NCBI GenBank assembly: GCA_030748775.1
Contig: JASMLH010000002.1
Coordinates: 13,732-77,731 of the forward strand
Length of the DNA stretch: 64,000 nt
From: Candidatus Thalassarchaeaceae archaeon
GTDB lineage: Archaea; Thermoplasmatota; Poseidoniia; Poseidoniales; Thalassarchaeaceae
Direction: 5' to 3'
Every line of letters starts with the position of its first letter. Positions within the stretch are counted from its first letter, which is position 1. Below, piece by piece: positions 7,553-18,180 of the stretch. A program made the translations under genes and the position numbers. The notes under the pieces are model-generated. The model was not told the DNA's origin. It did no database searches and was given only the letters and a program-made list of their open reading frames with translations.

Positions 7553-10500
7553 TTAGGGGTGAAAAAGTGAAGGAGATAGTTGAGAGTTACTTCAAGCAAA
7601 GAAGTCTGGTTAATCACCAACTGGCGTCATATAACGATTGTATTCCTGTCGGAGATGGTAAGGAAAGCCGAATGGAGTCTATTGTCAGGAACATCAAGAT
7701 AGGGACAGACGAGCAAATGGATGATGACGAAGGTGGCCTTGTTAAATTGGATCTTCTTGATAAGGAGATTGTTGTAAGACTGAAGAATTTGAGATTAGGT
7801 CGGCCAACGATTAAGGAGGCCAATGGTGCTGAGCATCCCGCTACTCCTCTAGAGTGCAGAATCAGAAAACTTACATATTTCTCTCCAGTATACCTAGACT
7901 TCAAGATTTACCGTGACGATTTACCCCCCTCTCCCGGCGCAGAACTTGGTTACCTAGAGGAGAAGGGAGTCCATATTGGCAACTTGCCGATAATGGTCCG
8001 CTCTGCTAGATGCAACCTTCATGCTGGGCATATCGACGAGAATAGGAGGCTCTCTCCCGAGTCCTCGGCTGAAGACGCTGAGCGCTACCAGGCGCTTCTT
8101 AGGAAATCTGGCGAAGATCCATTAGATCCTGGCGGGTACTTCATCATTAATGGGACCGAAAGAGTCCTAATCTCGATGGAAGATTTGGCTCCTAATCGAG
8201 TCACTGTAGAGAAGAACAAGAAATACGCACATGAGACACAGGTGGCAAAAATCTTCTCTCAGAAAGATGGAGTCAGGAAACCCCTGAACGTAGAGAAAAG
8301 AAGGGACGGGATGCTCATGGTCAAGATCCCCAGTGCTGGAACCACTCCAGTTCCTCTGGTATTACTCATGCGTGCATTGGGTGTTGAGAACGACAGAGAG
8401 ATATTCGCTTCGATAGCTGGTCCACCCGAGGCAATGAAATATACCGTAGCCAATCTAAATGACCTCAGGGACAATGATGAATATGGGGTCGATACATGCG
8501 ATGAGGCTCTTGCTTGGCTTGAGAAGAAATTCGCTGCCGGACAGCAGAAGGAATACCGCGAGTCACGAATCCAGAACTTGCTGGATAACGAACTCCTGCC
8601 ACATTTGGGCTCTGCCTTAGAAAACAGGGAGAAGAAGGCAATTTTCCTAGGAAGAATTGCTCGACAGGTTCTAGAAATGGCAATAAAGGACAAGGATCCC
8701 AATGACAAAGATCACTATGCAAATAAGCGAGTAAGACTAGCAGGAGATTTGGTAGAGGATCTGTTTCGTGTTAGCTTACAGCAACTTGCCCGGGATCTGA
8801 AATATCAGTTGGAAAGGCATCACAACCGCAAGAGAGAGCTTAGAATCTCCTCATGCCTTAGGCCAGATGTCCTTACTACCAAAATCATGCACGCCCTGGC
8901 AACAGGAAACTGGGTGGGCGGTAGATCAGGTGTGAGCCAGCTACTGGATCGTACTACATACTTGTCTGCTTTGTCCCATCTACGTAGAGTAACCAGTCCT
9001 CTAGTTCGAAGCCAACCCCACTTTGAAGCCAGGGATCTCCACCCAACGCAATGGGGCCGCCTTTGTCCCAATGAGACTCCTGAGGGACAGAATTGTGGCC
9101 TTGTAAAGAATGGGGCCCAGATGATAGACATTTCAGAAGAAGTCCGTGAAGCCGACGTCAAAGATTTACTCAAGGAGGCCGGTGTTAATGACAATCCTGA
9201 TGGGTGGGCCGACGGCTCAAGGATTCACGTTAATGGGGACATCTTCGGACTCCACAAGAGACCCCACAAACTAGTCAGTCAATTCAAGAGAAGAAGGCGC
9301 TCGGGGAGGATAAGGCCAGAAGTCAGTATTCGTCATGATTTGGAGAATAGAGATGTCTTCATCAATACCGATAGAGGCAGAATGCTTCGTCCCTTGCTGA
9401 TAATAGAACATGGCAGCCTTCAAATCACAAAGATGCATTTGGAGGGTCTGAAGTCCGGTGAAATTTCATTTTCTGACTTAGTCTCTGGTGGAGTAATAGA
9501 ATGGGTAGATGCCGAAGAAGAGGAAGATCTTCTGATAGCACCAAGGCCTTTTGACCTGCCACCAGAGTCACCCAAGAATAAGAGGCCGATCAACCCTTCT
9601 AAGGTTCAGTGGACAAACCTTGGAGAAATGGGCAAGGACTCCGATGGAAAGCCCGTTCCACTATCACACGCGCAACTAATTGCCGAGGTAAAGATGCCCA
9701 ATGGCGATACGAAGAACGAGAAGTTCAAAGTCCCGCTGAACTACTTCCAAGAAAATATTGACGTCCTTAAGAGGAAAGAAAAGAAGGACAACACCGTTCT
9801 TGTATACACTCATGTAGAGATCGATCCCCAACTTATTCTCGGAGTCTGTGCTTCGCTAGTTCCATATCCCGAGCATAATTCCACTCCGCGTGTAACAGGT
9901 GGAACTGCCATGGTAAAGCAGAGCCTTGGCGTGGCCAGTGCCAACTTTCGCCTCAGACCCGATACCAGAGCTCACGTGATGCATTATCCCCAGAGGTCAA
10001 TTGTTGGTACTCGTGCGATGCAGTCCACAAACTTTGACGAAAGACCAGGAGGGCAGAATTACGTCGTCGCCATAGTTAGCCATCACGGATACAATATGCA
10101 GGACGCAGTGATTATGAATCGTGCTTCGGTAGAGAGGGCACTAGGAAGATCAGCATTCGTACGAACATACAATGCCGAGAATAAGCGATTCCCAGGGGGG
10201 CAGGAAGAGCGAATCGAGGTACCTGGAACTGGTTTAGATGAAATCAAGGGACTCAAGTCTTGGGATTCATACTCTCACCTAGAGAGGGACGGCCTACCCG
10301 TTCCAGAGGAGGAACTGACCAGCGAGGAGGGCGGCAGATCTATTCTTGTAGGCAAGACCAGCCCTCCAAGATTCCTTGAGGAGGCTCATGGTGCGTTTTT
10401 GCAAGCACAAGAGAGACGTGAGTCATCCATGCTTGTTAGGCATGGGGAGAAGGGTTGGGTAGACAATGTCTACGTCACTGAATCGCTAGATTCAGGCAGG

Positions 10501-11286
10501 CTCGTCAGGATTACACTCCGAACAAACAAGATTCCTGAACTTGGAGATAAGTTTGCCAGTCGGCATGGTCAGAAGGGTATCATTGGAAGACTCGTAAACC
10601 AGGAAGACATGCCATTCACCGAGGACGGAGTAATCCCCGACCTCCTGATTAATCCACATGCAATTCCATCTAGGATGACTGTAGCACACGTATTGGAGAT
10701 GATTGGCGGCAAGGTAGGCTCAATGGAAGGTAGAAGAATTGACGGTACCGCCTTCACAGGCGAGAAAGAAGAGTCACTAAGATCAGGCCTGCTCCGGAAC
10801 GGACTAAAGCACACTGGTAGGGAACAGATGATCAACGGAGAAACGGGCGAGAACTTCCCCGTTGACACCTTCGTCGGTGTGATATACTACCAACGATTAC
10901 ACCACTTGGTTAGCAGCAAACTCCATGCCAGAAGCAGAGGCAGGGTTCAGATTCTAACTAGGCAACCGACTGAGGGAAGGGCTAGGCAAGGCGGCCTCCG
11001 GTTTGGTGAGATGGAGAGGGATTGCCTCATTTCACATGGGGCATCAATGGTGATCAAAGACAGGCTTCTCGATGAATCCGATGGTTGGAACCTCATGGTA
11101 TGCAATACTCCCCGGTGTGGGCACGTAGCCTACTATGACTGGAAGCGAAGAACCAGCGTTTGTCCTGTATGCGGAGATAGAGCCGACGTCCATTCCGTAC
11201 AGACATCCTATGCATTCAAACTACTTCTGGATGAGATGAAGAGCTTGGGTGTTGCCATGAGACTGGAACTGGAGGATCGAAGATGA
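7549..11286 (+). CDS. rpoB: RNA polymerase subunit B (Rpo2), unsplit
   Basis: 1245 aa. Conserved blocks SLVPYPEHNSTPR, GDKFASRHGQKG, HAIPSRMT, GGLRFGEMERD, and a C-terminal Zn ribbon CxxC...CPVC. Confidence 0.97.
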   Translation: MIRGEKVKEIVESYFKQRSLVNHQLASYNDCIPVGDGKESRMESIVRNIKIGTDEQMDDDEGGLVKLDLLDKEIVVRLKNLRLGRPTIKEANGAEHPATPLECRIRKLTYFSPVYLDFKIYRDDLPPSPGAELGYLEEKGVHIGNLPIMVRSARCNLHAGHIDENRRLSPESSAEDAERYQALLRKSGEDPLDPGGYFIINGTERVLISMEDLAPNRVTVEKNKKYAHETQVAKIFSQKDGVRKPLNVEKRRDGMLMVKIPSAGTTPVPLVLLMRALGVENDREIFASIAGPPEAMKYTVANLNDLRDNDEYGVDTCDEALAWLEKKFAAGQQKEYRESRIQNLLDNELLPHLGSALENREKKAIFLGRIARQVLEMAIKDKDPNDKDHYANKRVRLAGDLVEDLFRVSLQQLARDLKYQLERHHNRKRELRISSCLRPDVLTTKIMHALATGNWVGGRSGVSQLLDRTTYLSALSHLRRVTSPLVRSQPHFEARDLHPTQWGRLCPNETPEGQNCGLVKNGAQMIDISEEVREADVKDLLKEAGVNDNPDGWADGSRIHVNGDIFGLHKRPHKLVSQFKRRRRSGRIRPEVSIRHDLENRDVFINTDRGRMLRPLLIIEHGSLQITKMHLEGLKSGEISFSDLVSGGVIEWVDAEEEEDLLIAPRPFDLPPESPKNKRPINPSKVQWTNLGEMGKDSDGKPVPLSHAQLIAEVKMPNGDTKNEKFKVPLNYFQENIDVLKRKEKKDNTVLVYTHVEIDPQLILGVCASLVPYPEHNSTPRVTGGTAMVKQSLGVASANFRLRPDTRAHVMHYPQRSIVGTRAMQSTNFDERPGGQNYVVAIVSHHGYNMQDAVIMNRASVERALGRSAFVRTYNAENKRFPGGQEERIEVPGTGLDEIKGLKSWDSYSHLERDGLPVPEEELTSEEGGRSILVGKTSPPRFLEEAHGAFLQAQERRESSMLVRHGEKGWVDNVYVTESLDSGRLVRITLRTNKIPELGDKFASRHGQKGIIGRLVNQEDMPFTEDGVIPDLLINPHAIPSRMTVAHVLEMIGGKVGSMEGRRIDGTAFTGEKEESLRSGLLRNGLKHTGREQMINGETGENFPVDTFVGVIYYQRLHHLVSSKLHARSRGRVQILTRQPTEGRARQGGLRFGEMERDCLISHGASMVIKDRLLDESDGWNLMVCNTPRCGHVAYYDWKRRTSVCPVCGDRADVHSVQTSYAFKLLLDEMKSLGVAMRLELEDRR

Positions 11287-14200
11287 GTGCCCGAGACGCA
11301 GCAAAGATTCCAAAGCGAATAGACTCAATCAGGTTCACCCTAATGGATCCGAACGAAATAAGGAAGATGTCATCAGTAGAGGTAAAGACAGCCGATACCT
11401 ACAAGGACGATGGCCATGCGTTTAAGCAGGGTCTGATGGATCCCAAGATGGGAGTCATTGACCCTGGAATAAGGTGCGAGACATGCGGCAACAAGCACGA
11501 GGAGTGCCCCAGCCACTTCGGACATATTGCTCTCGAGCTTCCAGTAATGCATATCGGCTTCACTGGGCTAATCAAGAACTGCCTAAAGTCTACATGCAAT
11601 TCATGTAGCAAGGTCCTACTATTGGACGCAGCCGAAACCCATCCTACAGATCCAGAAAAGTCCGAACAGGACTACTACAGGGACAAGGTGCATGACATCA
11701 TTCTAAAGCACGGTGTCGGTGGTCGAGAATTCAAGAAAATCATCAAGGATATCGAGACAGTTTGCTCTAGTGCCAAGAGGGCAATATGCATGCATTGCGG
11801 CGCCGAGCAAGGCAAGATTATCTTGGACAAGCCTACCACCTTCAAGGAGAAGAAGGCAGACAAGGGTGAACACAAACTGAATGCCAGGGATATCAGAGAA
11901 TGGCTAGAGAAGATTCCCGACGAGCATTTAATTTTCGTTGGAATGGAGAAGGATGTAAGCAGGCCAGAATGGACGATCATGAAGGTTCTGCCCGTTCCTC
12001 CGATTACCGTTCGTCCCTCCATAACTCTGGAGAGTGGAGACAGATCAGAAGATGACTTGACCCACAAATTAGTCGATGTCCTTAGGATCAATCAGCGGCT
12101 AAGAGAAAATCGTGACTCTGGGGCGCCACAGCTAATTGTAGAGGACCTATGGGAGTTACTACAGTATCACTGCACAACTTACTTCGACAACCAAACCAGT
12201 GGAATCCCACCCGCACGACATCGGTCTGGAAGGCCCCTGAAGACACTTTCTCAGAGATTGAAAGGAAAGGAAGGAAGGTTCAGAAGCAACCTGTCTGGAA
12301 AGAGGGTTAACTTCTGTGCTAGGACTGTCATCAGTCCCGACCCCAATCTGGGAATCAACGAGGTCGGGGTCCCTGTTACAACAGCCAAGGAACTTACTGT
12401 TCCAATTAGGGTGACGAGCCGAAATAGAGAACAGTTGCGGCAGATGATTCTACGTGGTCCAGATGTTCATCCAGGAGTAAACTACATCATTCGAGGAGAT
12501 CGATTTCGCGTCAGAATTACAGATCGAACTAAGTTCATCTGGTCCGGATTCCGATGCCTAAATCCGGACTGTCATTCTGGTAGCGAGGAAGAGCCATACA
12601 TGGGCTACCAACCGGAGCTAAACCAAGTCTTGCCCGCGCCCAATTTCCTCCCAGGCCTAGTTCTGAAGGAGCAAATGCGTAGAGATCACATTACTGACGA
12701 GCTCCAGAAGGAGTGGAGCGTTGATCTAGAGTCTACTTTGTCGAATCTAAAGGGCGAGGATATGAGCGGCAATCAACTTCCCGAAGACGACCCCAATGCT
12801 GTGATCCATCATCGATGGAAGTGGGAGGTAGAGAACCCAGATGACTACTTGCCCGAGCACCTAGAAGTCCGGTGCCCACACTGTGGGAGCCCCGAGGTGG
12901 AGGACGAACATGGAAATGTGTTCCCTACTGATGTAGAGGACAGACTCAGCACATACGACAGGGATGGGAACCCTCGGCCCGGTGTGGTGGTCGAACGCCA
13001 CTTGATTGACGGTGATGTTGCGATTTTCAACAGACAACCATCATTGCACAGGATGTCTATGCTAGTTCATGAGATAAGAGTCATGGAAGGTAAGACGTTC
13101 CGCTTCAACCTTGCTGATTGCACTCCATACAACGCTGATTTCGATGGCGATGAAATGAACCTCCACGTAATTCAGAGCGAGGAAGCAAGGGCCGAAGCCC
13201 GAATCCTAATGCGAGTGCAGGAGCACATAATTTCCCCAAGGTATGGTGGGAGCGTAATTGGTGGAATACATGACCATATTACTGGCGCTTACTTGCTAAC
13301 ACACGGGGAGGCATTCCTCACACGCCAGGCCGCTCTGGACGTACTGAGTTCCGTAGGATGGGACGGCGAACTTCCAGACCCGGTCGAAAGGAATGAGCAG
13401 GTTGGCTACCTCGGAAACGAGATTTTCAGCCTTCTCGTCAGGGAAGGATTTGACTTGAATTTCAAGAATCGCGCTGGCGAGTCAGTTAGCGTGACTGCTG
13501 GTGATGTCTCAGGGGCTATTGACAAGAGGGGCATAGGGGCGGAAGATGGAAGGCTCCTTGATGCAGTGGTACAGACTCATGGAACTGATATAGGTGCAGA
13601 GTTCATCAATAAGATGACGAAGATGACCATTGCAATTTGTACAGCTATGGGATTCACCACCGGTATAGATGATGAAGACCTGCCCCCAGAAGCAAAGGAA
13701 GAAATTGATAGAATTAACAGAGCCGCTAGTGAGAAAGTAGACGAAGAACTTACCAAGTTCGGAAAAGATGGAAGGAAGTACGAGGCTAGACCAGGGAGAA
13801 CACCTCTGGAGACCTTGGAAGAGAACATCCTGACAATTCTTGATGAGGGCAAAGCCGAAACTGGGAATGTAGCAAAATCACTGTTGGGCGACAATAACTC
13901 AGCTGTTTTGATGGCGACATCCGGAGCCAGGGGTTCTATGGACAATCTAGCTATGATGGCTGGTTCTATTGGGCAGCCAAAGGTTAGGGGTAAGCGCCTA
14001 GAGAGGGGGTACCAGGATCGTGTTCTTTCACACTTCCCTAGGAATGTCAAGGGAGCCAAAGAGAAGGGCTTCGTCTCATCGTCTTTCAAGAGTGGCCTTG
14101 AACCTACGGAGTTCTTCATGCTATCAGTTTCAGGAAGGGAATCCCTTGTGGACACAGCTGTTAGGACTAGTAAGTCTGGTTACATGCAGAGGAGGCTGAT

Positions 14201-14378
14201 TAATGCAATGGATGACCTAAAGGTAGCAGATGATGACAGGGCTTCTGTAAGGAATACAGCAAATAGGATCATTCAGTTTGAGTATGGGGAAGATGGGGTT
14301 GATCCTGCAAGGAGTCGAAAGGGCAGCCCATTTGATGTCAACCAAGTCCTGAACGACGCACTTGGAGGTGGTAAGTGA
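11283..14378 (+). CDS. rpoA1: RNA polymerase subunit A' (Rpo1N)
   Basis: 1031 aa. N-terminal Zn motifs CETCG...[19 protein letters not shown], and the catalytic [10 protein letters not shown]. Contains an insertion of about 150 aa at 12534..12985. Confidence 0.97.
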   Translation: MSARDAAKIPKRIDSIRFTLMDPNEIRKMSSVEVKTADTYKDDGHAFKQGLMDPKMGVIDPGIRCETCGNKHEECPSHFGHIALELPVMHIGFTGLIKNCLKSTCNSCSKVLLLDAAETHPTDPEKSEQDYYRDKVHDIILKHGVGGREFKKIIKDIETVCSSAKRAICMHCGAEQGKIILDKPTTFKEKKADKGEHKLNARDIREWLEKIPDEHLIFVGMEKDVSRPEWTIMKVLPVPPITVRPSITLESGDRSEDDLTHKLVDVLRINQRLRENRDSGAPQLIVEDLWELLQYHCTTYFDNQTSGIPPARHRSGRPLKTLSQRLKGKEGRFRSNLSGKRVNFCARTVISPDPNLGINEVGVPVTTAKELTVPIRVTSRNREQLRQMILRGPDVHPGVNYIIRGDRFRVRITDRTKFIWSGFRCLNPDCHSGSEEEPYMGYQPELNQVLPAPNFLPGLVLKEQMRRDHITDELQKEWSVDLESTLSNLKGEDMSGNQLPEDDPNAVIHHRWKWEVENPDDYLPEHLEVRCPHCGSPEVEDEHGNVFPTDVEDRLSTYDRDGNPRPGVVVERHLIDGDVAIFNRQPSLHRMSMLVHEIRVMEGKTFRFNLADCTPYNADFDGDEMNLHVIQSEEARAEARILMRVQEHIISPRYGGSVIGGIHDHITGAYLLTHGEAFLTRQAALDVLSSVGWDGELPDPVERNEQVGYLGNEIFSLLVREGFDLNFKNRAGESVSVTAGDVSGAIDKRGIGAEDGRLLDAVVQTHGTDIGAEFINKMTKMTIAICTAMGFTTGIDDEDLPPEAKEEIDRINRAASEKVDEELTKFGKDGRKYEARPGRTPLETLEENILTILDEGKAETGNVAKSLLGDNNSAVLMATSGARGSMDNLAMMAGSIGQPKVRGKRLERGYQDRVLSHFPRNVKGAKEKGFVSSSFKSGLEPTEFFMLSVSGRESLVDTAVRTSKSGYMQRRLINAMDDLKVADDDRASVRNTANRIIQFEYGEDGVDPARSRKGSPFDVNQVLNDALGGGK

Positions 14379-15958
14379 TGGTTGTTAAGAGTGCTACTAA
14401 GAAGAAACTGATGGACTTGGGAATCGAGGAGGAGTACGCTCACAAGTTGGCAGATGACAAGAAGTGGGATGACGTCAAGGGCCTCTCTCCAGGTCAGATT
14501 GCTCAGATATGCGGAATAGACTCTGGCACATCCCAGCGAATCCACGAGGTGATGGCAAACTCTGCAAAGTCTAGCCGGGCTTCTACAGCAGCATCCGAGA
14601 AGACAATTGTTCGCCGTAGAACGGTTTCTCGGTCTCGTAGAATGAAGAGGTCGCTTCCCATGGAGGAATATGACGAAGAGTCCAAGCTAATCCAAATAGG
14701 TCGTGACGTTGACTCAGATGACGAGATGTATCTAAAACTCTCAAAGGCTGTTAGTGATGCTAATGCTAGCATGACTCCCAGAATGATAGACGATCTTGTC
14801 AAGGGACTGCAGAAGAGGGGGGAGAAGAAGATTTCTGATGCCAAGGCAAGGAAGATTATCGAGTCCGCCATGAACTTTGCCAGTGATTCCAAGGCAGTAC
14901 CGTACGAGGCAGTAGGAATCACAACCGCCCAGTCAATCGGGGAACCAGGTACACAAATGACGATGAGGACATTCCACTACGCAGGAGTGGCAACGGTGAA
15001 TGTTACACAGGGACTTCCTAGGATTATTGAGATCGTCGACGCTAGGAAGGTCCCTAAAACGCCAACGATGATCATCTATCTCGATGAACAGAATGCCAAG
15101 AAAAAGCCACTCCGTACAAACGAGAAACTAGTTCGCGATATTGCAGCCTCACTGGAGACAACGACAGCCACGGATATAGCTGCCATCGATGTAGACGTAG
15201 CTCAGAGGAACATCAGCCTTCAATTGAATAATAGCAACATGAAGCTGAAAAAGATGACCGGCGCCGAAGTTCGCGATAAACTATCCAGGGCTTTGAGGCT
15301 ATATGTTCAGGCTGACAATGATGACCGCCCCAAGTCACTTCGCATTATTCCCGGAGTCACAAAGGAAGAGGATCTGGCATCCCTTGCCTCGGATCCCCCA
15401 ACATATACCGCCCTACTCCAACTAGAGGACAAGATCAAGAAACTTAGACTCAAGGGTCTTCCCGGTATTTCCAGGGCAAACGTACAGGGTCCAGTTGCTG
15501 AAACAGGAGAGTATTACATCTCCACTATTGGCTCCAATCTTGCTAAAGTTAGCGAGTTTGCCGGAATAGACAGATCAAGGACGTACACAAACAACATCAA
15601 CGAAATTCATGACTATCTGGGAATCGAGGCCGCTCGGCAGGCGATAATCAATGAGATGTGGGATACCCTTGAAGGGGCCGGTCTCGATGTCGATGTCAGA
15701 CACCTGATTATGGTCTCCGACGTTATGACAAACGGAGGCGAAGTTCGGGCCATTGGCCGTCACGGAGTTAGCGGTACGAAGCACTCAATTCTCGCACGTT
15801 CAGCATTCGAGGTGACCGTCACTCACCTCCTAAAGGCTGGAATTATTGGCGAGAGAGACATGCTTTCGGGAGTAACAGAGAACATCATTGTTGGCCAACC
15901 AGTAGCATTGGGAACGGGAAGCGTTGAACTGTATTACATCCCCGAGTCTAGTAATTGA
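14375..15958 (+). CDS. rpoA2: RNA polymerase subunit A'' (Rpo1C) with an N-terminal extension of about 110 aa
   Basis: 527 aa. Conserved [20 protein letters not shown] and the C-terminal [10 protein letters not shown]-terminus [20 protein letters not shown] is homologous to the RpoH N-terminus. Confidence 0.95.
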   Translation: MMVVKSATKKKLMDLGIEEEYAHKLADDKKWDDVKGLSPGQIAQICGIDSGTSQRIHEVMANSAKSSRASTAASEKTIVRRRTVSRSRRMKRSLPMEEYDEESKLIQIGRDVDSDDEMYLKLSKAVSDANASMTPRMIDDLVKGLQKRGEKKISDAKARKIIESAMNFASDSKAVPYEAVGITTAQSIGEPGTQMTMRTFHYAGVATVNVTQGLPRIIEIVDARKVPKTPTMIIYLDEQNAKKKPLRTNEKLVRDIAASLETTTATDIAAIDVDVAQRNISLQLNNSNMKLKKMTGAEVRDKLSRALRLYVQADNDDRPKSLRIIPGVTKEEDLASLASDPPTYTALLQLEDKIKKLRLKGLPGISRANVQGPVAETGEYYISTIGSNLAKVSEFAGIDRSRTYTNNINEIHDYLGIEAARQAIINEMWDTLEGAGLDVDVRHLIMVSDVMTNGGEVRAIGRHGVSGTKHSILARSAFEVTVTHLLKAGIIGERDMLSGVTENIIVGQPVALGTGSVELYYIPESSN

Positions 15959-15967
15959 GGTGAAAAG

Positions 15968-16264
15968 ATGGACATTGCTAGGCAGTTAAAGCAAGCAATA
16001 AACTCTGGAAGTATCATTTTTGGTCAGAGGCAAACCTCGTCTCACTGTTCCAAGGGCGAGGCAAAGCTGGTCTTAATTGCTGCAAATTGTCCGGAGTCAT
16101 ACATCGACGATCTGCGAAATTCATTTCCAAACGTTCCTGTCCACCAACTTACATTGGTGAACAGGCAACTAGGTGCTGCCTGTGGTAGGCCTTTTCCTGT
16201 TAGCGCATTGTGCGTCATTGACCCTGGTCAGAGCGATTTGATGCAACTCGCACCTAATGTTTGA
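15968..16264 (+). CDS. rpl30e: Ribosomal protein eL30 (L30e)
   Basis: 98 aa. GSIIFGQRQT...AKLVLIAANCP...LGAACGRPFPVSALCV is typical of L30e/L7Ae-fold eL30. Canonical position after rpoA''. GAGGTGA Shine-Dalgarno sequence upstream. Confidence 0.9.
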   Translation: MDIARQLKQAINSGSIIFGQRQTSSHCSKGEAKLVLIAANCPESYIDDLRNSFPNVPVHQLTLVNRQLGAACGRPFPVSALCVIDPGQSDLMQLAPNV

Positions 16265-16332
16265 ATGCGAATTGCTACTGAACTGGCAATTTATTGGGTT
16301 CGTTTCAAAGTCAGACCGGCTCCCCTAGAATC

Positions 16333-17265
16333 ATGGAGGGTACAATACGGGGTGTATTGGAAAACAGGGGAGTTACTCTGAAGAACCCTATTATTGATGA
16401 TGAAATCATCGGATTCTGCTGCCTGGGAGTCGCCCCTAGAATTTCCGAGACCGGTTCTTCGGAGGAAGACGTACACGTTTGGATTATCTCCGCCAATAGC
16501 TTACCAATTAGTGAAAATGAAATAATTCGTTGGGGTCTTAGTGCCCCTAAGGGGAGACATTGGTTACTTAGCCTTCGAGAGGTTTCATCTGGTCATGTTG
16601 AAATCGATGGATTAGACTACGTAATTTGGCCTCCTGAAAGGGTAACTAAATGGATCGGGGAAGCAGTACTTTCAGGTGATATGAAAACAAATCCAGCACA
16701 TGAGGAAGAGCAAAAATTGCCTGATTTGAAGGATAGGAAAAATACCCATGACTTCCCCATTATGGCCTTGCGACCAAGAATAGAAATCGAGAATTGGCTA
16801 TCTCAGAGGGGTCTTGATGGTGAACAATACAATCCAGTATTTCTCGAAGGAAAGATTTGGGAAGTTTCAGGGAATTTGATTGGACCAAATGGCCAATTGG
16901 AGGAAGGCATTTGGCAACTTTACGAAGATCCATGGACACGGACTCTTTCCATACTAGAACAGGATGATATATCCGAAAAACCACCGAATTTACGAGTTAT
17001 TTCGCCCCCTTCCAAAAATTGGCTTAGCCAATCCAGACTTTCCGAGGAAGCCTCAAAATTACTCGAAATACGACGTAAGGGAGAAACGGAAATTTCCGAT
17101 TCGAGCACTGTTCGAAGCATGCTATTGCAACGATGGTCCCTTGATTCCTCAGGCTCGACCTTCGTCGAATACCGCCTCTTTCTACCTGCATGGATTGTTT
17201 CGAATCCGGTTGTGTCCGTTCTTCATGCTCGCAATGGAAGAACGTATGAGATTCAGGATCTCTGA
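16333..17265 (+). CDS. Hypothetical protein occupying the position where NusA usually follows eL30
   Basis: ORF 16294..17265 opens with TTG; the first ATG is at 16333. No KH/GxxG or other motif recognised. W-rich, mixed alpha/beta composition. Confidence 0.5.
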   Translation: MEGTIRGVLENRGVTLKNPIIDDEIIGFCCLGVAPRISETGSSEEDVHVWIISANSLPISENEIIRWGLSAPKGRHWLLSLREVSSGHVEIDGLDYVIWPPERVTKWIGEAVLSGDMKTNPAHEEEQKLPDLKDRKNTHDFPIMALRPRIEIENWLSQRGLDGEQYNPVFLEGKIWEVSGNLIGPNGQLEEGIWQLYEDPWTRTLSILEQDDISEKPPNLRVISPPSKNWLSQSRLSEEASKLLEIRRKGETEISDSSTVRSMLLQRWSLDSSGSTFVEYRLFLPAWIVSNPVVSVLHARNGRTYEIQDL

Positions 17266-18122
17266 AGCAGCAGCAGCTCCTCGGTTGATAGTGTGTCTCC
17301 TGACATCAGCTTGCTCATCAAATCAGTCATCTCCAGACTTCCTTCTTCATCAATCTGCCTTTGTTTAGTCCCTGAAAGCTTTAGGATATCTTGCATGGAA
17401 TGAATGCAGCGTAGAGAAATAATGTAGTTATTGTGCAGCTCATCTGCTCTTCCTTTCGTCTTAGTTAGTCTGATGTGTTCAGAATTTGCCATTCCTCTGA
17501 GCTTTTCTACCTCATCGGACAATTCCATCATCAATGAGTGCGCTTCTTCAGATTCTTCCGATGCCGTTGTTACCGCATCGTGCGCCTTCTGCTGCGCCTT
17601 CTCAGCGGCCCTTACCTCCCTTAGGACATTGGAACTACTTTCTTCTTCTTTCTTTCTTGCAGTATCATACTCCGCCTTCAATTTCTTCATTTTCGCGAAG
17701 AACTCTTTCTCTTTGTTGGGCTTAATTTTTCCAGTTTGGTGATTCCATTCTAGCTTCTCCATTTCCGCTCTAATCTTGCTCGCTGGTTTCCCATTCCTTC
17801 TTTTTCCGCGCTCATCATCAGACTTGCTGCTACTAGAACTTCTGAGTTTAACTCTCAAAGCCTTCAACGAATTTGTTCTTTCTAGGCGAATCTTCCTCAA
17901 TTCGGCAACCTTTCCATTTGCCTCATTCCTGATGGATTTCTGTTTCTGGACCTCAGTAATCAGCTCCTTTACCTGGCGATTAATTTCATTCCTTTTATCG
18001 AGTTGACTGCGAACTTGAACGTTCAAATCATCCCTGTTGGATTTAAAATCGTCAAGCTTGCTGCTTACACTTTCGGACATGGGTTCGAAAATTTCCCTTA
18101 TATTCGAGTGATTGAGTCCCAT
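17253..18122 (-). CDS. Coiled-coil protein, paralog 1 of 4 (resembles the uncharacterised archaeal coiled-coil family I recall as COG1340)
   Basis: 289 aa with heptad-rich K/E/R sequence. Central landmark EKLEWNHQTGKIKPNKEKEFFAKMKKLK. C-terminal GDTLSTEELLLLQ. Confidence 0.7.
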   Translation of the reverse strand: MGLNHSNIREIFEPMSESVSSKLDDFKSNRDDLNVQVRSQLDKRNEINRQVKELITEVQKQKSIRNEANGKVAELRKIRLERTNSLKALRVKLRSSSSSKSDDERGKRRNGKPASKIRAEMEKLEWNHQTGKIKPNKEKEFFAKMKKLKAEYDTARKKEEESSSNVLREVRAAEKAQQKAHDAVTTASEESEEAHSLMMELSDEVEKLRGMANSEHIRLTKTKGRADELHNNYIISLRCIHSMQDILKLSGTKQRQIDEEGSLEMTDLMSKLMSGDTLSTEELLLLQRS

Positions 18123-18180
18123 GTATATCCAGGTTTTCGGAAATTACACCATCATTTAAGGAATACCGATTTCAAGACGA

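Noticed and set aside
12534-12985. Considered whether the RpoA' insertion is an intein.
   Set aside because: There is no N-terminal Cys/Ser splice junction, no block-B TxxH, and no C-terminal HN followed by Cys/Ser/Thr. The flanks are not at a typical intein insertion site. It reads as an ordinary lineage-specific insertion with Cys pairs.
13577-14155. 192-aa minus-strand ORF inside rpoA'. Similar long antisense ORFs occur at 2962..3462, 5391..5906, 8259..8708, 21847..22323, 34584..35138 and 58612..59124.
   Set aside because: Each is fully embedded antisense in a gene with strong conserved motifs on the other strand. None has a recognisable motif of its own.
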